This document shows positions 58,268 through 64,000 of a stretch of DNA of 64,000 nt, piece by piece. Under the pieces are notes generated by a model. That model saw only the letters and a program-made list of their open reading frames with translations. It was not told where the DNA came from and ran no database searches. Numbering within the stretch: position 1 is the stretch's first letter; each line of letters begins with the position of its first letter. A program made the position numbers and the translations under genes. Source of the DNA: a virus; the IMG/VR virus record IMGVR_UViG_3300035180_002599, positions 1-64,000 of that record; one strand, given 5' to 3'.

Positions 58268-59050
58268 TTAATCATTGGATACATCATTAAAGGCTTTTTT
58301 CATATCTTCTAGAAATACTAGTAGATTTGCATATGTATCAATACCTGAATAATTTGGCACTTTTACATAATAATATGAGTCATTTTCAATCATAATTTCA
58401 TTAGACTTGTATTGGTTATATGGAGGAAAGCTGGAAAATTTTTTATATGTCTCAGCAGTTCTTTTAAATACTTCGTTGATTAAACTAAAATCTATATTCT
58501 TATTTTTTGAAGCTATTATCTTCATATATAAGTTAGAAAATCTACTACTACCTAAATCCATAGGTTTCATACCAACACTCTTAGCAAGCTCATCTTGCTC
58601 ATCTTTTGAAAATCCTATTTTATCTAACATAACATCCATATTAAGATCATAAAAAAATTGTGTCATATCAGGGATTATTGAAGATGCATAAAATGTACTT
58701 CCAGCTTTTGGTACAACTATACCAATATTTCCCATATTAAAACTAAGACCAGTATAAGACATTGCAATTTTAGGTGAAAATGTGGCGAATGTTGTTGATG
58801 AACGAATGGGTTTATTGAATAATTTAACAAATTCTTCATCCATTTTTGTAGATAAAACTTTACCGGTATCTAATGGTTTTCTAAATTGTCTAATCGTTTT
58901 TTCTCCAACTGGGTCGATAGGTTTTAAGAAACCACGATAAAGACAATGAGTTTTTTCTAATTTTTGAGACTTAATAGATTCTATAATTTGTAACAGAATA
59001 CCTTCAAATTTATTATTTTTAGTCTCCAGTACAAATCGTTTAAAATGCAT
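58268..59050 (-). CDS. Putative internal virion protein, ART-like paralog
   Basis: MHFKRFVLE N-terminus; LYRG, RKPLDT, RSSTTFAT and NEIMI motifs. Confidence 0.55.
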   Translation of the reverse strand: MHFKRFVLETKNNKFEGILLQIIESIKSQKLEKTHCLYRGFLKPIDPVGEKTIRQFRKPLDTGKVLSTKMDEEFVKLFNKPIRSSTTFATFSPKIAMSYTGLSFNMGNIGIVVPKAGSTFYASSIIPDMTQFFYDLNMDVMLDKIGFSKDEQDELAKSVGMKPMDLGSSRFSNLYMKIIASKNKNIDFSLINEVFKRTAETYKKFSSFPPYNQYKSNEIMIENDSYYYVKVPNYSGIDTYANLLVFLEDMKKAFNDVSND

Positions 59051-59250
59051 TATTTCTTTCCTTTACCTTTAATCCAACCATCAGAAACATCATTAAAGAA
59101 TTTCTTCATCTCTTCTTCATCAAGTTCGGCAGGAGAACTAACATTATATTTTTTCAGCATATCTTGAAAGTATTCTTGATACTCATCTTGAAGTGATTTT
59201 TCCTCTACAACGATTTCATCGCTAATATAATCTGAAAACTTAAAACTCAT
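59050..59250 (-). CDS. Small acidic hypothetical late protein
   Basis: YQEYFQDMLKKYNVSSPAEL..KKFF..W. Confidence 0.7.
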   Translation of the reverse strand: MSFKFSDYISDEIVVEEKSLQDEYQEYFQDMLKKYNVSSPAELDEEEMKKFFNDVSDGWIKGKGKK

Positions 59251-59271
59251 ATTAATTCCTTTTTCTTTTAT

Positions 59272-59808
59272 TTATGCGTTTTGTGCTCTTGATGTCCAAC
59301 CAGCAAGAAACATCTTTTGTGAGGGGTTATCTTGTACGATTTTATATAGGAAATCCATACGTGCTTTCTTATATTCACGAACAAATGACTCAGCACCAAA
59401 TGTATTAATTGCATCAACTGTATGAGGACCCATCTGACCATCAACTGTTGATTTTACAATCGTCTGTGCATATTTCACTGCACGGCTAACACCACTATTA
59501 ACGGCAAAATCATACATATTATTTGCGACGTTTTGATCGGTAATTAGATCACCCATTATCATATCCCAGAAATTTTTCTTATAGAAGTTCATAACACTAT
59601 TAGTTAATTCAACATCGCTCATAAGCAATTTATCGAAATTAGTAGGGTTAGATTTTTTCATTTTATCAATTATTGTCCATCCGTCCCATTTAGGAAAGAA
59701 ATTTCGTGCAATACCACGAAAAGTCTCACCACCTTTATCATTAGGGTTATTAACATACCCACCTTCAAATACAGAAGTTTTTTCAAATGCTATTTTAAAA
59801 TCAGCCAT
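59272..59808 (-). CDS. Endolysin, glycoside hydrolase family 108 with peptidoglycan-binding domain
   Basis: EGGYVNNPNDKGGET.RGI, DFAVNSG, DGQMGP.T and FLAGW..R motifs. Confidence 0.9.
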   Translation of the reverse strand: MADFKIAFEKTSVFEGGYVNNPNDKGGETFRGIARNFFPKWDGWTIIDKMKKSNPTNFDKLLMSDVELTNSVMNFYKKNFWDMIMGDLITDQNVANNMYDFAVNSGVSRAVKYAQTIVKSTVDGQMGPHTVDAINTFGAESFVREYKKARMDFLYKIVQDNPSQKMFLAGWTSRAQNA

Positions 59809-59890
59809 ATGTGCTCCTTTGTTTATATTTAAATATTTATTAATAAGAGTTTAAGGTTATTTTTGTTATAATCATAAATACAAAATATAT

Positions 59891-60257
59891 GGGGTCGAAA
59901 TAGGATTCGACATTTTTTCTGTGTAATATAACAATCAAGCAATCTGGGAAGATTTTAAATATCCAACAAATAATAACAGCAAACTCAACTAGCTATAATA
60001 CATCTTACGCACTAGCTGCGTAATGTACGGGGTTGTCAAGACTCGCCCTGTTACCTAAATCTTGACTCCTTGTTTACATAGGATAAAATGTAAGTTGTTC
60101 GATATGCAATTCATAATCGCGAGTATTAGAAAGTAATACAATCATTATACAATGAATAAATGTTTTGATTTTCGGTTTTTAAGAAAGCCGTCTAAGCTTG
60201 TATTAAATTGTTATGTGAAGGATGAAATGGAACTCGGGGCAGTACCGAGCGACTCCA
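59891..60257 (+). ncRNA. ssrA: tmRNA
   Basis: GGGGTCG..GGATTCGAC 5' end; acceptor CGACTCC-A with G3.U70; tag ORF ANSTSYNTSYALAA* at 59979-60023; promoter at 59849-59872. Confidence 0.92.
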
Positions 60258-60446
60258 ATCTTTCTAAGAATTAACCTTCACGCGGTGAAAGATGTAAGTA
60301 CTCGATAGAGGAAACTAATAATTCTAAAATAAAGTATGAAATGAATATCTTTGAAAAAGAAATAATTTTCCTAGAGGTTTCTTCAGGTATAATGGATAGA
60401 ATTTATGTTGGTTGATATACCTGAGTGTTGATTATCAATAAAGGAT

Positions 60447-60471
60447 TTTAGAGGATACAACATCCTCTAAA
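60447..60471 (+). terminator. Hairpin downstream of the tmRNA
   Basis: TTTAGAGGAT-acaac-ATCCTCTAAA. Confidence 0.4.
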
Positions 60472-60524
60472 GTGTAGTTTATAGAAATTAATGGATTTTT
60501 ATAAAATACATTTGAAAGGTTCTT

Positions 60525-61337
60525 ATGACAAAAAACTTAATGGAAATTCTGGACTCTTGTGAATTTGTAACCAAACACGTAACAATAAATGAAGAATTAT
60601 TATATTCATTTTCTAATAAAATGATTAAACCTATCCCGGTTACACCTAAACATTCCAAAAACTTGAAAATAGATATATACAATAGCATAATGGATTCTGC
60701 ATTACAATTCTGTTTTTGGTATGGAAATTCCTCTATTAGAATCAATAATCATTCTAGTTCAGAAATTACTAGATTGGTAAAAGAATATAGTTATGATATT
60801 GAGCTATTAAAGAAGCATATTAGATTAGCTCGATTCCCTAATATCGAGTCCAGAACAAAAATTATAGATGAAATTGGGCCTATTAACACTAACAGAATGA
60901 GAAGAATAATTTCTATTATATCAAACACTAGAGATGTTGATTCTATATTGAGTACATTAACTGCAGAATTTGATTCATTCGCAAATGATATACTTCTCAA
61001 AAAAGCTTTATTAACCGTTATGTCTATCCATTTTAAAACTGGAATAATAAAAGATCCAGAAAAGATATTAATTCCTGCTGACTATCAAATTCCTAAAATG
61101 CTTAGACATTTTGGTATTCTTAAATATTCAAATGAATTAGCATATAAAGTTGACAATAACATACTTCTCCTAGAAAATTCAGAAGAAGAATTAGCTATTC
61201 GTATTCAAGCTATAAAAGCGGTTAAACGGATACAAGATTTATCTCAAGTTCCTTCATATATGATAGATCAAATACTTTTTCATTCTAGAAAAAATATAAC
61301 ATCAAATCATCATCTAACAATTACCACGAGTTATTAA
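60525..61337 (+). CDS. Queuosine salvage protein (QNG1 / DUF2419-like)
   Basis: LQFCFW, KKA.L, PADYQIPKMLRHFGILKYS, E.AIR and HHLTITTSY motifs. Confidence 0.8.
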   Translation: MTKNLMEILDSCEFVTKHVTINEELLYSFSNKMIKPIPVTPKHSKNLKIDIYNSIMDSALQFCFWYGNSSIRINNHSSSEITRLVKEYSYDIELLKKHIRLARFPNIESRTKIIDEIGPINTNRMRRIISIISNTRDVDSILSTLTAEFDSFANDILLKKALLTVMSIHFKTGIIKDPEKILIPADYQIPKMLRHFGILKYSNELAYKVDNNILLLENSEEELAIRIQAIKAVKRIQDLSQVPSYMIDQILFHSRKNITSNHHLTITTSY

Positions 61338-61390
61338 TATTATTTTAAGAATAGTTTGATATAATTAGATATTCAACACGAAGGAAAAAA

Positions 61391-61642
61391 ATGTTTGTAA
61401 ATCTAATTTCAACAACAAACGCTAAATTTCAAAAATATGTTTGTGACGAGTCTTTAGAACCGAAAGGTCACTTGATATGTCAAACGGGTATATCGTTTTT
61501 ATACACCCCTTATTTTCAAAACAATCGGGCTGGTATTTACAAAGGGCTTTTGTCTTCTGTGGTTGACACTATAACAGTTTCTGGAGATATATGTACGGTA
61601 AAAACCTTGAATTCCGTATATGTATTTAAAATGTATGCTTAA
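61391..61642 (+). CDS. Hypothetical protein
   Basis: TLNSVYVF motif; promoter and RBS. Confidence 0.6.
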   Translation: MFVNLISTTNAKFQKYVCDESLEPKGHLICQTGISFLYTPYFQNNRAGIYKGLLSSVVDTITVSGDICTVKTLNSVYVFKMYA

Positions 61643-61704
61643 AGAAAATTTAAGCATTTTATTCTGTGTAATTAAACTACAAAAACAAAATATAAAGGAA
61701 AGAG

Positions 61705-62301
61705 ATGATTAATTTACAAAAAGGTCAGTCAATCAATTTGTCAAAAGAAGTGAATGCTCAAGGATTACAAAATCTTCGTGCAAGTATCGGATGGGATCCA
61801 AATAAGTTTAACACTGGTGGAAAATTTGATTTGGATATCAGTTGTTTCGCTTTGGCAGATTTGGGCGGAGGTTCTTATAAACTTCAAAAAGGTTCTGATT
61901 TCTGTTTTTATAATGCACCAATTTCAGCAAACGGAGCTTTGAAATATAGTGGAGATAACACTACAGGTGGGGGAGAAGGTGATGATGAGTACATCGATAT
62001 TGATTTGAGCAAAGCTGAAGCTGGCATTACAAACTTTTCAATTGTCGTTAGTATTCCAGAGCCACTTAACAGAACATTAAACTTTGGTATGGTTAGTAAC
62101 TCATATGTAAGAATTACAAACACATTGACTGGTGAAGAAATTGCCCGATATGATCTCGGAGAAGATTTCAGCACAGAAACGGCAGTCCAATTCGGTTCAA
62201 TTTACCTTTATAACAATGAATGGAAATTCAAAGCAATCGGGCAAGGGTTTCAAGCAGGTCTTAGTGAATTTTTGGAAGAATACAAATACGATAACAACTA
62301 A
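61705..62301 (+). CDS. terD: TerD family protein
   Basis: INLQKGQSINLSK, GWD, FDLD, GDNTTGGGEGDDE and WKFKAIGQG motifs. Confidence 0.92.
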   Translation: MINLQKGQSINLSKEVNAQGLQNLRASIGWDPNKFNTGGKFDLDISCFALADLGGGSYKLQKGSDFCFYNAPISANGALKYSGDNTTGGGEGDDEYIDIDLSKAEAGITNFSIVVSIPEPLNRTLNFGMVSNSYVRITNTLTGEEIARYDLGEDFSTETAVQFGSIYLYNNEWKFKAIGQGFQAGLSEFLEEYKYDNN

Positions 62302-62345
62302 GTTGTTCTAAACTATTCAATAAAACATAATTAAAAAGGAATAAC

Positions 62346-62975
62346 GTGGCAGGTATTAATTTAACTAAAGGCCAAATAATCAATTTAAGCAAAGCTCCTG
62401 CAGCTTTGAATGAGTCAACCGGACTTCGTAAGGTGTCATTTGGTTTGGATTGGGGAATGATTTCTCGTGGTGGTATACTAGGATTTGGTAAAACTAAAGA
62501 AAAGGTCGATTTGGATGCAAGTGCAGTTCTGATGGATGCCAACAAAAACATTGTCGAAATTGTGTATTTTGGAAACCAAACAAGTTCAAAAGGAACTGTA
62601 AGACATTCAGGTGATGACCGTGGCGGTGATGATGCGGATGATGGAAAAGATAATGAAGTAATTAAAGTTAATTTGGAGTGTATGACTGAAGCAACTCACG
62701 TAGCTTTTGTACTTAACAGTTATTCTGGTCAAGATTTTGGTCAATTGCCATATGTTCGTATTCGTGCATATACAGGAGACCGTGAAGTTCCTTTAGAATC
62801 ACAAATTCTTGGTAAAATGGAACTGTCTAAAGATCCTTCTTACAACGGCAAAACCTCAATGGTTATGGGTATCGTTTCAAAAGTAGGTAATGAATGGACA
62901 TTTAAAGCAGTTGGTCAAGCAACATCAGATCGCGATGTTCGTGACTTAGCAAGATCATCTCGTAATTTCGTTTAA
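62346..62975 (+). CDS. TerD / TerZ family protein
   Basis: INLTKGQ, GLDW, VDLDAS, HSGDD and WTFKAVG motifs. Confidence 0.88.
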   Translation: MAGINLTKGQIINLSKAPAALNESTGLRKVSFGLDWGMISRGGILGFGKTKEKVDLDASAVLMDANKNIVEIVYFGNQTSSKGTVRHSGDDRGGDDADDGKDNEVIKVNLECMTEATHVAFVLNSYSGQDFGQLPYVRIRAYTGDREVPLESQILGKMELSKDPSYNGKTSMVMGIVSKVGNEWTFKAVGQATSDRDVRDLARSSRNFV

Positions 62976-62995
62976 TTTTAAAAAAGGATAGAAAG

Positions 62996-64000
62996 ATGGC
63001 ATTAACACCAACAAGAGTTGCAGCACCTGCAACTCAATCAACAACTTCGTTTCCACAAACAACAGAAGTTTTAGAAACTGAAATTTCTTCATATATGAAT
63101 AATATTCCCCCAGAATATCGAGATGAAGTTTTAGCTAAAAAAGATCAAATTGTTTTTGGTGATATTTCAACCATTCAAAAATTCGGTTCAGAGATTGCTA
63201 CAGCTAGTGCAAAATTTACAGCCGAGAGTACAAACGCTATCAAACTGGGTAATGCTGGAGATATTGGTGATAAAATTAATGAGATGATGAGAATTTCTAA
63301 GAAATTAGATCCATCTAAACTGCTTGACAACAAAGATCCAGGATTTTTTGGTAAACTTTTCGGAAAAACAAAAGACAAAATAATTGAATTTAAAAATGAC
63401 CAAATGAGCATTAATGAATCATTAAAACAACTTGGTAATTCACTTCTTGCTGATGCAAAGTCTTTAGAAAATGAAAATAAAAAACTTGAGGGCATGTACC
63501 AACAAAACTCAGAAAATATCAAACTGTATGACGTTATTTTAGCTGCGGGTATGATTAAGAAACATGAGATTGAATCTCAAATTATTCCACGATTAGTAGA
63601 AAAAGCTCAAGAATCTGGAAAACCTGAAGATGCTAATGAAGTCCGTGCTGGACAAAATTTCCTACGACAATTGGATGTTCGTATAGCAAACATAAATTCA
63701 GCACGTTCAGTTGCAATTCTTCAAGCTCCTGCTCTAAAAGATATGCAAGATAGCAATGCTATGCAAATTGAAAACATTCAAACTATGATTACAATTGGTT
63801 TACCAGCATGGCACCAACAAATTGCGATGTATATCAGTCAAATGGAAACTCGTCGATCTGTAGAAATTACAAATCAATTGTCTCAAGGTATTAATGAAAC
63901 AATGAGAGCTACCGCAGCTTTACAAGGTCAAAATGCAGTTATGATTGCAGAAGCGGCGAACAAAGCTATTATTGATGTTGAAACTATTCAAACTATTCAA
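62996..64000 (+). CDS. telA: Toxic anion resistance protein TelA, runs off the right edge of the window
   Basis: Absent from the ORF track because it is truncated. ATG at 62996 after AAGGA; IQKFG, LDP..GFFGKLFGK and LPAWHQQIA motifs; follows the terD genes. Confidence 0.85.
   Translation, partial: MALTPTRVAAPATQSTTSFPQTTEVLETEISSYMNNIPPEYRDEVLAKKDQIVFGDISTIQKFGSEIATASAKFTAESTNAIKLGNAGDIGDKINEMMRISKKLDPSKLLDNKDPGFFGKLFGKTKDKIIEFKNDQMSINESLKQLGNSLLADAKSLENENKKLEGMYQQNSENIKLYDVILAAGMIKKHEIESQIIPRLVEKAQESGKPEDANEVRAGQNFLRQLDVRIANINSARSVAILQAPALKDMQDSNAMQIENIQTMITIGLPAWHQQIAMYISQMETRRSVEITNQLSQGINETMRATAALQGQNAVMIAEAANKAIIDVETIQTIQ

Noticed and set aside
60262-60330. Hammerhead-like ribozyme after the tmRNA (small stems followed by GAAAC)
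   Set aside because: The CUGANGA core is missing; only weak hairpins are supportable.
1-64000. Stop-codon reassignment or CRISPR array
   Set aside because: Core genes are full length in the standard code, no suppressor tRNA is present, and no regularly spaced direct repeats were seen.

Overview
AT-rich segment of a large T4-like myovirus genome read with the standard genetic code. The host is probably a Campylobacterota bacterium, inferred from TTTAAG..TGnTATAAT promoters, AAGGA ribosome-binding sites and a Campylobacter-type QueD. The window holds tail-fibre genes (1-7.8 kb, minus strand), an NAD+ salvage pair (NMNAT-Nudix and NAMPT), ten tRNA genes, and a Ro60/TROVE-like gene with associated structured RNA. 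It also carries five paralogous ART-like proteins with capsid-targeting-like N-termini, nrdB/nrdA, a GGDEF protein, HU and a macrodomain. The tail sheath gene is split by a group I intron, followed by the T4-like core gp3-gp55-gp47-gp46-gp33-gp44, QueD, UvsX, an Acb1-like phosphodiesterase, a GH108 endolysin, a tmRNA, a queuosine-salvage hydrolase and terD-terD-telA. The most striking finding is that each tRNA block is preceded by an unannotated leader peptide and mutually exclusive RNA hairpins. In the 28-codon leader MFSHMQPHSFSTFHHFSMSMFAHFMLSY, 23 of 28 codons are read by the Phe/His/Met/Ser(GCU)/Pro tRNAs encoded downstream. A Lys-containing leader controls a hairpin that can sequester the acceptor stem of a downstream tRNA-Lys. 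This looks like ribosome-sensed, on-demand expression of backup tRNAs when host tRNAs are depleted; the mechanism is inferred and untested.
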